Positions 27,871 through 36,773 of a DNA stretch of 64,000 nucleotides are shown here, piece after piece. Position 1 is the first letter of the stretch, and each line of letters opens with the position of its first letter. Origin of the DNA: Methyloceanibacter sp. (GTDB lineage: Bacteria > Pseudomonadota > Alphaproteobacteria > Rhizobiales > Methyloligellaceae); NCBI GenBank assembly GCA_030064755.1, contig JASJEH010000001.1, positions 35,352-99,351 on the forward strand, read 5' to 3'. The notes beneath the pieces were generated by a model that saw nothing but the letters and a program-made list of their open reading frames with translations, had not been told where the DNA came from and ran no database searches. The translations under genes and the position numbers were made by a program.

Positions 27871-28770
27871 ATGCTGGTTGGTTTTGCGCGGCACGTTAGC
27901 CGGGTCTGCGTCAATTTAACAATTGGTGTTGTGTGCGCCGCGCTTGTGAGCGTCTTTGTTGGGTCCGGAGCCTATGCGCAGGCATCGAGTGTCGATGGTC
28001 CGGCGCGCAGCGAAACCACCGTTGCAAAGAGCAGCGTTGGCGTTGGAGCGAGAGTCGTTATTCAACCCAAGTACGAGGGCTCCAAAGAGAGCACGGTGTT
28101 TTGGGCGCCAATCGTGCTGCCGGAACTCGCTCAGAAGTCAAAAAAAGAGAACTCGGTGTATTCAAAAGTGCGCAGCCGCATTGTTTATCGCGGGCTCGAC
28201 GATATACGGATTCGCGTGTTTGGCGGCGACAAATTCCAAGCGGGTGCGACTACCGGTTGGATCAGCGGTCGCAGCCAGGACAGCGCTGATCTCTTGAAGG
28301 GCCTTGGCGACATCGATGGCGGGCTGACCCTTGGTGCCTACGCGGGTTACACAGTCGGAGCCTTTACCATTGATGCCGCCTATATTGAACAGCTCACCGG
28401 CACAACCGCGGGAGCGCAGTACCGTCTCGGCATCGAAACGACGCGGGAGATATCGGACCGCGCGGAGATCACCGTTCGCGCCGGAACGACATTTGCGAGT
28501 GCTGAATTCATGCAGACTTATTTCGGCATCACCCCAACACAGAGCCGCGAGTCACAATCGGGTTTGCCCGTGTATACGCCGGATGGGGGCATCAAGGATG
28601 TCTTCATCGCGGTCGGCGGCAGTTATGACGTCTCCGAACACTGGGTTATCAAAGCGGGCGCTCGCTATGGCCGGCTCCTTGGCGAAGCTGCAGATAGCCC
28701 CATTGTTCAAACGCCAAACCAGTTGTCCGGAAACGTTGGTCTCGCCTACCGCTTCTACTGGAACCGGTAG
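27871..28770 (+). CDS. MipA/OmpV-family outer-membrane protein (paralog 2)
   Basis: Colinear with paralog 1: PKYEGS, RGLDDIRIRVFGG, YTPDGGIKDVF and LAYRFY. Confidence 0.85.
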   Translation: MLVGFARHVSRVCVNLTIGVVCAALVSVFVGSGAYAQASSVDGPARSETTVAKSSVGVGARVVIQPKYEGSKESTVFWAPIVLPELAQKSKKENSVYSKVRSRIVYRGLDDIRIRVFGGDKFQAGATTGWISGRSQDSADLLKGLGDIDGGLTLGAYAGYTVGAFTIDAAYIEQLTGTTAGAQYRLGIETTREISDRAEITVRAGTTFASAEFMQTYFGITPTQSRESQSGLPVYTPDGGIKDVFIAVGGSYDVSEHWVIKAGARYGRLLGEAADSPIVQTPNQLSGNVGLAYRFYWNR

Positions 28771-28878
28771 CGCTCCCGGCAAGATCGCCTAGCCAGATTG
28801 ACTCTGATTGCTCCAACTCGTCTGCATACCGAATGATTTCGGGGCGGCGGGCTTCGAGACCGGGCAGATGCCCGACAC

Positions 28879-31350
28879 CTACTCGGCAGCCGAAGGCATG
28901 CGCGAGCCGCCTCCCCGTAACGTGCCAAAGCCTCGGCCCGCCAATGGGTCCTCTGTGATATCGCCCGACATCGGCGGCAGACCGAGGACCTGCCGGAAGC
29001 GTTGAATCATCTCAAGCGTGCTCGGCGACATTTCCTCGATCAAGCCAGGCACGTACTGCGCGACCTCGACCGCCAGTTTCCGGTCCTCGGAGGTCTTCAG
29101 CAAGTCGGGCAAAGTTTCGATCGCGGCCTCGCGCTCGAACTGTACCACCAGCGTCTGTTCGTCGATGATCTGACGGCGCCGATCTGTGCTCAATGACTTG
29201 AAGGGCTCGTCTTGGGTGAGGACCGCGCCTGAACGCTCCAGCCGGTCACGCCTTACTTCGCCGCGAGAGTCCGCCAATAGAATCAACATGCGGATCACAG
29301 CCTCGGCGAAACCGCCTTCCGACATGTGGTAAAGCGCCGATTGAACTTCGGGGAGCGCGCGGAGTTCCGACTCGTTCTTCAGCGTGCGGCCCGGCAGATT
29401 CCGCCGGCCGAAAGCCTTCGCCCAGGGATGACCCCATAGCGTGAAGAACATGCTCTCATACATGGCGTCGCGAAGATCGGTCATGAAATCGATGGACTGT
29501 TCAAAGAGCGATGCAAAAACCTGCTCCGCCAAAACAAAGGGATTGTCCGGCGCGGCTGGTTGGCGCTCGTCCTGGGCCTTCGCGGCAAGACTCGTGATGC
29601 CTTGCATAACTGGATTGCGGCTTGAGACGAGGCCGCGCTGAAGCCGCAGCGGATGCATCATGCGTGCCATCTCCGCGGTTCCTGGATTGGTGATCGCTTT
29701 CACAAACGGCCGCAGATAGAAGTCGTATAGCTCCGCCTGGAGCTCCGACATGCGCGCCACTGCAGCAAAAGGAACCTCGTCCTCGCGAGATGGATCGAGC
29801 GTCCGGAGCTGGTCTAAGGAGCGTTCGTGGAAGCTAACCGTGAACTCGCGGCCTTCGCCATGACCGTGGTAGTCGTCGACCTTCATCTCGTACAGGCCGG
29901 GCGGCAGCGATTCGATCGCTTCCATTGTTCCTGTCATCTCGTTGTGCTCACGCTTGGCGATCTTCGACGAAACGAAAATGCCAAGGTGACCTACTTGGTC
30001 GTGCACCATGTAGATGATGCGCTGGCCACGAACACGGATCTCCGAGGCATCCGCGTAACTGTCCACGATCCAATTCAGCGCCTGCGGAGCTGGCGTAATG
30101 TTATCACCATGGCTTGCAAACACGATGATCGGTGAACGGATGTTTTTGACGTCGATATGGCGTCCAGGCTCAAGCTGCGCTTCGTTCTTGGCCAACCGAT
30201 TGCCGACAAAAAGCTGTGAAACGATCCAATGGATCTCCCTCTCGTTGAGAAGGAAGAAACCGCCCCACCACTTCTCGAACTCAAGGAACCGTTCGCGGCC
30301 CGTGTCGATTGTCCGGTAGAGATCGTAGTACTTGCCGAAAAAGTTTCGGCTCGGATTCAGGAGCTCGAAGTTCAGAACCAAATGGGCGCCATCAAACACG
30401 CCGTCGCCCAAGTCCGACCAGAACATCGGTTGCCATGTGCCGCCGAGAATGCCGCCGTTGTAGCGCATCGGGTACTTCCCAACGACACCGCCCCATGTCG
30501 CGACGGGCGACCCGTTCAAAACGATTGGCCCTGTGAGATCATGGTTTGTCGCCGCCAGCAGGAGCGTGGCCCAACCGCCTTGGCAGTTTCCTGTGACGAC
30601 AGGCTTTGGCGCATCGGGATGCCGGCGCGCGACTTCACGCACAAATTCGGCCTCGGCGCGCGTGACATCGGCAAGGCGCTGCCCGGGAATCGGTTCGCGC
30701 CGGAATGCGACGAAGTAAACGGGGTGACCCTTGGCCAACGCAACGCCAACCTGGCTGTCGGATTTGAAGCCGCCGATACCGGCGCCATGGCCAGCACGGG
30801 GATCGATAATGATATAGGGGCGCAATGCGTTATCGATCACAACGCCCTCGGGCGGCAGGATTTTGAGGAGCATGTAATTGCACGGACTTGGCAGACCGGC
30901 GCCGTCGAGAACGACCTCGTAGTCGTATGTGAGAACGGGCGGGCAGCCCGCAGCTTCATGCTCCAGAAAAATGTCGCCGCGTTCGCGCAGTGCATCGAGT
31001 GTCAGCGCCGTTCGCTGGGACGCATCCGTGAGATAGGACGTCCACGCCTCGATGAGCCCCTCTAAGTCCTGCGCCTGCGTAACGTCCTTGGCGATCTCCG
31101 AGAGCTTTCCGATAGACTCTTTCAACCGCTCCTGGTGCTCTCGCGAGATGCGCTCGGCATGGCTCATGGCGCTCCGCATCAGGATGGCTTGGTTCGACTG
31201 CAGACCATCGGCAACTCTCGTCGCGGCTTCCACGCGCCGGTTCAGCATGGCTGCCGGAGAATCCGCGACCGCGCGTGCCACGGAATCGAACATGGATTCG
31301 ATCGCTTGCTCCGGCATCGTGCCGTCGGCGACGGTAACGTTCTCGGTCAT
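28879..31350 (-). CDS. DUF3141-family alpha/beta-hydrolase-fold protein, PHA-synthase-like (copy 2)
   Basis: IIDPRAGHGAGIGGFKSDSQVG, GNCQGGW, SHGDNITP and GHLGIFVS. Colinear with copy 1 but with a longer N-terminus. Confidence 0.82.
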   Translation of the reverse strand: MTENVTVADGTMPEQAIESMFDSVARAVADSPAAMLNRRVEAATRVADGLQSNQAILMRSAMSHAERISREHQERLKESIGKLSEIAKDVTQAQDLEGLIEAWTSYLTDASQRTALTLDALRERGDIFLEHEAAGCPPVLTYDYEVVLDGAGLPSPCNYMLLKILPPEGVVIDNALRPYIIIDPRAGHGAGIGGFKSDSQVGVALAKGHPVYFVAFRREPIPGQRLADVTRAEAEFVREVARRHPDAPKPVVTGNCQGGWATLLLAATNHDLTGPIVLNGSPVATWGGVVGKYPMRYNGGILGGTWQPMFWSDLGDGVFDGAHLVLNFELLNPSRNFFGKYYDLYRTIDTGRERFLEFEKWWGGFFLLNEREIHWIVSQLFVGNRLAKNEAQLEPGRHIDVKNIRSPIIVFASHGDNITPAPQALNWIVDSYADASEIRVRGQRIIYMVHDQVGHLGIFVSSKIAKREHNEMTGTMEAIESLPPGLYEMKVDDYHGHGEGREFTVSFHERSLDQLRTLDPSREDEVPFAAVARMSELQAELYDFYLRPFVKAITNPGTAEMARMMHPLRLQRGLVSSRNPVMQGITSLAAKAQDERQPAAPDNPFVLAEQVFASLFEQSIDFMTDLRDAMYESMFFTLWGHPWAKAFGRRNLPGRTLKNESELRALPEVQSALYHMSEGGFAEAVIRMLILLADSRGEVRRDRLERSGAVLTQDEPFKSLSTDRRRQIIDEQTLVVQFEREAAIETLPDLLKTSEDRKLAVEVAQYVPGLIEEMSPSTLEMIQRFRQVLGLPPMSGDITEDPLAGRGFGTLRGGGSRMPSAAE

Positions 31351-31354
31351 AAGA

Positions 31355-31400
31355 TTGGGCCTTTGGACTGCAGGTTTGTTGGGCCTTTGGACTGTAGGTT
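31355..31400. repeat. Two 22-bp direct repeats (24-bp period) abutting the start of DUF3141 copy 2
   Basis: TTGGGCCTTTGGACTGCAGGTT (31355-31376) and TTGGGCCTTTGGACTGTAGGTT (31379-31400), 1 mismatch. Confidence 0.9.
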
Positions 31401-31503
31401 CAAGTGTCGTGATAAAACCAGACGGAGCGTTACCGCTACGGTCGGATCGAAAACCTACGCGTATTGAATGACAGCCCTTTGAAGCGCGCCTACCCTGGCC
31501 AAC

Positions 31504-31537
31504 AAGGCCTTCGTATTACAATAAGGCCTTAGTATTA
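31504..31537. repeat. Two 15-bp direct repeats (19-bp period) in the same intergenic region
   Basis: AAGGCCTTCGTATTA (31504-31518) and AAGGCCTTAGTATTA (31523-31537), 1 mismatch. Confidence 0.85.
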
Positions 31538-31619
31538 TTTGGCATTCATTCTAGGCTTTTCTGTCGCACCTGCAACAAGAAGCCCGGCGACACAGCGTCA
31601 CTGCCCGGCCGGCCTTGCT

Positions 31620-32219
31620 CTAGTCCGGGACGTTCTTGGCCCTCGGCACGACGACGGCGAACATGTCGGCCAGCGCGGACAAGCTCGCGTCTTGGAGCTG
31701 CGCGGCCGGGACGTCCTCTCCCGTGGCGGGATTGGGAAGCGCCCGGGTCGCCGTGGCGCCCGCTACGACCGTGTTCGCGAAGCCTTTGTTGAATGAGGCG
31801 CGGGTGGTCGAGTTCACGCACATATGGGTCATGAAACCCACATAGACGACGTTTTCGACGCCGTGTTTCTTCAGCTCCCAATCGAGCTCCGTTTGCTCGA
31901 AGGCAGACGGGAACTTCTTGATGATGACGGTCTCGCCTTCGATCGGCGCCACTGACTCGGCGATTTGGCCGATCGGGGCTCCCACATCGTACGGCGTGCC
32001 AGCGCCCGCATCATGCATGATGTGAATGACCGGCCGCCCCGCTTCTCGGAATCGCTGCAAGAGATCGGCGGCCTCTTCGAGCGCCGGCTCAACACCCTCA
32101 AGCTGCATGACGCCCTCGCGATAGGTCTGCTGGCAGTCGATCAGCACCAGCGCACTTTCCGAAATCGGCGCGGGCTCTGGGTTCATGCCTGTTAGGTCGC
32201 GAAGCGTCGGATTGGACAT
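31620..32219 (-). CDS. Cysteine hydrolase (isochorismatase/nicotinamidase family)
   Basis: LVLIDCQ, IIKKFPSAF and GFMTHMCVNST give an Asp-Lys-Cys triad. AAGGAG RBS. Confidence 0.88.
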   Translation of the reverse strand: MSNPTLRDLTGMNPEPAPISESALVLIDCQQTYREGVMQLEGVEPALEEAADLLQRFREAGRPVIHIMHDAGAGTPYDVGAPIGQIAESVAPIEGETVIIKKFPSAFEQTELDWELKKHGVENVVYVGFMTHMCVNSTTRASFNKGFANTVVAGATATRALPNPATGEDVPAAQLQDASLSALADMFAVVVPRAKNVPD

Positions 32220-32346
32220 CGGGTGCTCTCCTTGGGTTCCAGTCAGCCGAGGCGTTGGTCTTAAGCCATACCTTACCGCAGGCCAACGCCAAGTGCAGGT
32301 GCCCTAAAGGGGAGCCGCGAACCTAGTTGCCGATGTCAGTGAAAAG

Positions 32347-32422
32347 TGGTGCCGCAAGAGGGATTTGAACCCCCGACCTACGCATTACGAATGCGCCGCT
32401 CTACCGACTGAGCTATTGCGGC
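32347..32422 (-). tRNA. tRNA-Thr(CGT)
   Basis: Reverse complement GCCGCAATAGCTCAGTCGGTAGAGCGGCGCATTCGTAATGCGTAGGTCGGGGGTTCAAATCCCTCTTGCGGCACCA folds as a cloverleaf with encoded CCA. Confidence 0.95.
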
Positions 32423-32513
32423 CCTTTGGTGTGGCCTCGTGCTTAATGCCATTGGCGGCGCGGTGCAAGCGGGCCGCGCTCGTCCTTAACGGATTGACGT
32501 CAGCGAATTGGCC

Positions 32514-34307
32514 CTAGCGGATATGGGCGGACCGGAAACGCTCCAGCGAGACCTCGCTTTCGTCTTCGCTCTCCGGCGCGACGCCAGGATCGTCCGGCGC
32601 CCGGGGCGGTAACGCGGGAGCCGCGCCCTCCGTCTTCTGCGGCCCATCTGCCTTTGCGTCCGCACCGCCGTTCCCCGGCTGGTCACCGAGCGTGGCTTTG
32701 TCCGCGGTCTCCAGCTTATCGCCCTTTGTTGCGCCATCTGTGCCGTCGGACGTCTTCGGAGACGGGACCGGCTCGGGGGTCTGGGACTCAACAGAGTCAT
32801 CAGCTGACGGATGCTCGGCTGGCTCCGGCTCCGATGCGGACACTTCTTCCGCGGTTCCTTCGATCACAGTGTCATCGAGCGCCGGCGCAGCCTCTTCCGT
32901 CTCCCGCGGTGCCGGCTCAGACTCAGTGACGGGGGGCGGCACCGCTAGGCTCTCACGCATCATAGCGCTCGCGTCCCGGGGGGGGCCGGTCCATTCGTCG
33001 ATCTGCAGCGTCTCGTCTGGGCGGCCGATCGCATCCGCCGGGGCCTTCCACTCGAAGGCGTCGATGACGCCGGTTACCGGCGATACCGGCAGCCAACGGT
33101 CCGAAACATACCCATCAGCGATCCAAGCGCGGTCGCGGGGCGCCCGCAAGGCCCGGGCGAGCCATTCGCGCTCCCGGCCCTTGTCGCCGCTGCCACCCTC
33201 GATCCGCGCCATCAAGGTGCAGATCCGAGCCGACGGAGCGTCCTCAAGATAGGGCTTCAGCGCATCCCGGGCCCTGTCCCAGTCTTGCGCCTCGACTGCG
33301 GCTTGCGCGATCGCTACGGCCCCTTCCACATCGCCTGGTGTCTGTTTCGCCAGATACTCGACGCGCTTCAGGCGATCCTTAGGCGATAGACCGGGCTTCG
33401 CAAAGGCATACGCGACCGCAAGGTCGGGATGCGGCGAGAGCGACCAGGTGCGCAATATCTGCCGGGAGGCGGCACGAACCTCTCCCTTAGAGGTCAGGAG
33501 CCGCCCTGCGATTTCGGAAGCGGGCACAAGCGATGGGGCGAGCCGCAGGGCTTCGTTTGCGAGAATCAGCGCTTTGCTCGGGTCAAAGGACTCTGTTTCG
33601 CGGGCTTCCGCGGTCAGCAAAACGGCGCGCCGCCGGTTGGCGGCCTTCGAGTCCAAATGGCCGTTTTGCCGCGCGATGGCCAATGTGTTCAGAGCATTAT
33701 CCCAGTCGCCGGCCCTGGCCTGAAGATCGAACAGCGCGTTGACACCCCAAGCGAGCTTGGGATTGCGGTCGACGGCCTTCTGGGCAAGGAGGCGCGCGGC
33801 GCCCTCGTCACCGGCCCGCTTGGCCTCCAGGAACAGACCACGCACGCCGAGCAATTCCGTGTCGTGGTTATCGAGCATCCCCTCGAAGCTACGCCGCGCG
33901 CCCGCATCGTCGCCTTTGAGCTGCGCGGTTTGCGCCTTCAGCAGGGCCGTTAGAGGTTCGCGCGGCAGGTTGCGTTGAGCGATACCCGCGTAGCGCTGGG
34001 CCTGCGCCCGGTCGCCGACACCGATTGCGACGAGCCCGCGCGACAAGGCGTCGAAGCCCTGCTTCTGCTTGCGCTCCTTCATGTGGGCGGCAATCGCGGC
34101 GGGGCGCGTCCAGACGTAGCGGATGATCGCGAAGATCACGATCAGGGCCACCACAAACAGAGCGACGGTCACAACGCCAACAAACGCGCTTGTCTCGATC
34201 TGGTAGCCCAGCCATTCCACGGAGATCGTGCCGGGCCGGTCGGCCAGCCATGCGAGGCCCAGCGCAGCCGCGATGACAAGGACAATGAAAAACAGGATTC
34301 GTGTCAT
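32514..34307 (-). CDS. hemY: HemY-family membrane/TPR protein with an acidic C-terminal tail
   Basis: Two N-terminal TM segments, WLADRPG, GLVAIGVGD, TPR-like helices and W...VSP..G..DAFEW. Follows mic60-hemD-hemC. Confidence 0.85.
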   Translation of the reverse strand: MTRILFFIVLVIAAALGLAWLADRPGTISVEWLGYQIETSAFVGVVTVALFVVALIVIFAIIRYVWTRPAAIAAHMKERKQKQGFDALSRGLVAIGVGDRAQAQRYAGIAQRNLPREPLTALLKAQTAQLKGDDAGARRSFEGMLDNHDTELLGVRGLFLEAKRAGDEGAARLLAQKAVDRNPKLAWGVNALFDLQARAGDWDNALNTLAIARQNGHLDSKAANRRRAVLLTAEARETESFDPSKALILANEALRLAPSLVPASEIAGRLLTSKGEVRAASRQILRTWSLSPHPDLAVAYAFAKPGLSPKDRLKRVEYLAKQTPGDVEGAVAIAQAAVEAQDWDRARDALKPYLEDAPSARICTLMARIEGGSGDKGREREWLARALRAPRDRAWIADGYVSDRWLPVSPVTGVIDAFEWKAPADAIGRPDETLQIDEWTGPPRDASAMMRESLAVPPPVTESEPAPRETEEAAPALDDTVIEGTAEEVSASEPEPAEHPSADDSVESQTPEPVPSPKTSDGTDGATKGDKLETADKATLGDQPGNGGADAKADGPQKTEGAAPALPPRAPDDPGVAPESEDESEVSLERFRSAHIR

Positions 34308-34310
34308 CGG

Positions 34311-35960
34311 CTAATCTGTCTCTTCGCGTGGCGCAGTGGGTTTCGCAGGATGAGGACCTTCATCCGTTCCCACCAAGGACACAAGTAGGTCCTCCTGCAG
34401 CTGCTGCAAGGCCGCCTTCGCATCGAGACGGGCGAGCGCTTCGTCAATCCAAGATCCGAACAATACCGCCTGAGGCCCATCGAGGCTTTCGACTTCCAGG
34501 ATGGCTTCGTGGAGCTTTCCGGCTTCGAGCTTTGCCCCCGCCCGCGCCAGAATCGCGCCGGCGCTATTGCCTTCGGCTTCCTCGCCAACACGCCTGACCT
34601 TGACGAGCGACTGCGCACTCCCAATCAGCCGGCCCAAGAGATCCGGGTCGGAGTCCCCCTGCGCCGCGAGAGCTTTGTCGCGCAACGCGGCGAAGGAAGT
34701 GGCGAGCATCGGCACCGTTGGAATGCCTGCGTCCTCATACTCAACCAGTCCGTCGAGATCCTCGCTGTCGGACGACAGCGCACTCATCGTTGCGAGTTCG
34801 GTCGCGTAAGGGCGACCGGAATTGACGGCATCCCGCAAGCCTGCAAAGGCGATGACTAGATTGGCCTTCCTGGTTTGAGCGTTCTCGGCGTCGATGGCGT
34901 CAACCAGCGATGGCAGTGTCGATTCGATCTCATTCAGGCGCCGCTGCATCGCAGAGACTTCCGGCTCCAGCTTCGAGGTATCGCCTCCCTCCATTGTCGC
35001 CTCCGTCAGAGCCTTGAGCCTGGCGTTTAGATCGCTGACCTCAGACTTGAGCGCTTGGACGGACTGGTTGTCGATGGCCCCACCTTCGCCGCTCGCCAGT
35101 GCCGTCTTGATCTCGGACTGGATCTTGCTCGTCAGCTGACTGTCGAGACGCTGTTCGGCCTCGGCGACCTGCTGGCTGATCGCGGCGGCATCGGCGACGG
35201 AGCTCCCATCCTTTGCGGCATCGGCCAGTGACTTGAGGCTCGCCTCCATCTGCGCCACTTGGGCTGCGAGTGCGTTGACCTCGGCAGGGTTAACGGTCGG
35301 CGCCTCGGGATCGCCCGCAGCGGATTCGAGCGTTGCCAGCCGTGACTTCAATGCTTCGAGAGCGGCAGCGTTATCAGGGGTCTTCGGCGCTGCTTCGAGA
35401 GTGGCAATACGAGCCTCGATGCTGTCGAGACCCCTTTGCTCTTGCGGGACATTTATCGGCAGGTAGCCCAAAACGAGTGCCGCCAGCACTGCAAGGCCCC
35501 CCGCAAGCCCCGCGAGGGCATGGGTGAACAGCGCAGCGATGAACGCAAGCACGCGGCCACCGAACGAGCGCTCTGTTGGCTCCTCTGTAGGAGAGCGCTG
35601 CGGCTCCGGTGCGGAGACGGCATCGTCACCATCGCCCTCATCCGGCTTGGAAGCGGCCTCGTCCGCCTGTGAATCATCGGCCGCGGAGTCTTCGGCTCCC
35701 GAGTCTTCGGCTCCCGAGTCTTCGGCTCCCGAGTCTTCGGCTCCCGAGTCTTCGGCTCCCGAGTCTTCGGCGCTGCCGGGGGCACCCAGCGCGGCTGCTG
35801 GTTCGTCGGACGCAGCCGCTTGCTCCTCGGCCGCTTTAGACTTTGTCTTGTCCGAATCGGTCTCGACGGAAACCTCCGTCGCCGTGCCCTCTATCGTCGG
35901 GGCCGGACGCTTTCCGGTCGACTCTGACTCTGTGCCCCTCTCATCGAAGGTACCGCTCAT
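34311..35960 (-). CDS. COG4223 / mitofilin-domain protein (alphaproteobacterial Mic60 homolog)
   Basis: KRPAPTIEGTA N-terminus, one TM helix, coiled coil and a C-terminal GRPY..EL...GIPT...L...F mitofilin-like domain. Lies between hemD and hemY. Confidence 0.8.
   Translation of the reverse strand: MSGTFDERGTESESTGKRPAPTIEGTATEVSVETDSDKTKSKAAEEQAAASDEPAAALGAPGSAEDSGAEDSGAEDSGAEDSGAEDSGAEDSAADDSQADEAASKPDEGDGDDAVSAPEPQRSPTEEPTERSFGGRVLAFIAALFTHALAGLAGGLAVLAALVLGYLPINVPQEQRGLDSIEARIATLEAAPKTPDNAAALEALKSRLATLESAAGDPEAPTVNPAEVNALAAQVAQMEASLKSLADAAKDGSSVADAAAISQQVAEAEQRLDSQLTSKIQSEIKTALASGEGGAIDNQSVQALKSEVSDLNARLKALTEATMEGGDTSKLEPEVSAMQRRLNEIESTLPSLVDAIDAENAQTRKANLVIAFAGLRDAVNSGRPYATELATMSALSSDSEDLDGLVEYEDAGIPTVPMLATSFAALRDKALAAQGDSDPDLLGRLIGSAQSLVKVRRVGEEAEGNSAGAILARAGAKLEAGKLHEAILEVESLDGPQAVLFGSWIDEALARLDAKAALQQLQEDLLVSLVGTDEGPHPAKPTAPREETD
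35686..35771. repeat. Perfect 15-bp tandem repeat (5 full copies plus 11 bp) encoding (GAEDS)n
   Basis: Unit GAGTCTTCGGCTCCC at 35686, 35701, 35716, 35731 and 35746, partial at 35761. Confidence 0.97.
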
Positions 35961-36047
35961 CGCATCATGACCTCTGCACTGTGATCGGCGTGCCCAAGTT
36001 CCTACTGCCCGCGACTAAAATGTCCGTGACCCTAAGCAGGATGACAT

Positions 36048-36764
36048 TCACCCGCCTGGCCCTAGTAGCGCGATGAGGTCTTCCTCACGCGCATATTGCG
36101 GCACCCGCGCATAGACGCCTAGAGGCACGACGGCCTCTGCTATCGCCTTCGACAAACAATAGCAAACGAGTCCCTTAGCCTGTGTGACGAGGCCATAGCG
36201 TTCGATAAGACGCGCGAAGGCGCGGGCGGTACGCGGCGACAATAGGAGAACCCCATCAATTTCGCCGCGTTTGAGTGCGTCGACGACGTCCTCGCCAAGC
36301 TCCTCGACCGGGTGCGAGCGGTAGAGGACAACTCGGCGTAACTCGAAACCATCTTCGGCAAGCGCGCCCTTCAAGTCGAAGGCGACCTTTTCCGCGCCGA
36401 TATGCACCAAGGGACCGAGATCGGGCTGAAGCTCCGTACTGATGATTGGGGGAAGACCCGCGCCGGTCCCAGGGCCGATCGTCACTTCCGTGAAGCCCAA
36501 CTGCCTGCCGGCCCAAGCCGTCGCCTCGCCGACGGCGAACAGCGGCAGTTCGATGGCTTTGTCGCGTTCTGGATGAGTTCCGAGCGCGCGCAGCGCGTTC
36601 CGACTGGTGATTACGATGGCTTGGGCACCGTCCAGGTTGAGCGGGACGCCGTCAATAAACTCGATCTTGAGCAACGGCGCCTGCATGGGCTCATGGCCCA
36701 ACGCTTTGAGAGTCTCTACCTCCCGGGTTGCGTCCGGTTCCGGCCTCGTTACGAGCAAGCGCAT
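36048..36764 (-). CDS. hemD: Uroporphyrinogen-III synthase
   Basis: MRLLVTRPEPDA, ITSRNA, FAVGEATA and LLLSPRTA. Downstream of hemC. Confidence 0.9.
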   Translation of the reverse strand: MRLLVTRPEPDATREVETLKALGHEPMQAPLLKIEFIDGVPLNLDGAQAIVITSRNALRALGTHPERDKAIELPLFAVGEATAWAGRQLGFTEVTIGPGTGAGLPPIISTELQPDLGPLVHIGAEKVAFDLKGALAEDGFELRRVVLYRSHPVEELGEDVVDALKRGEIDGVLLLSPRTARAFARLIERYGLVTQAKGLVCYCLSKAIAEAVVPLGVYARVPQYAREEDLIALLGPGG

Positions 36765-36773
36765 TCGATCACA

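Noticed and set aside
31355-31400. CRISPR-like array
   Set aside because: Only two copies separated by 2 bp, with no spacers and no cas genes. Kept as a simple direct repeat.
15300-32346. Possible genomic island integrated at the 3' end of tRNA-Thr(CGT)
   Set aside because: An accessory-looking block lies downstream of the tRNA, but I found no integrase, no direct repeat of the tRNA 3' end (TGGTGCCGCAAGAGG) and no mobility genes.
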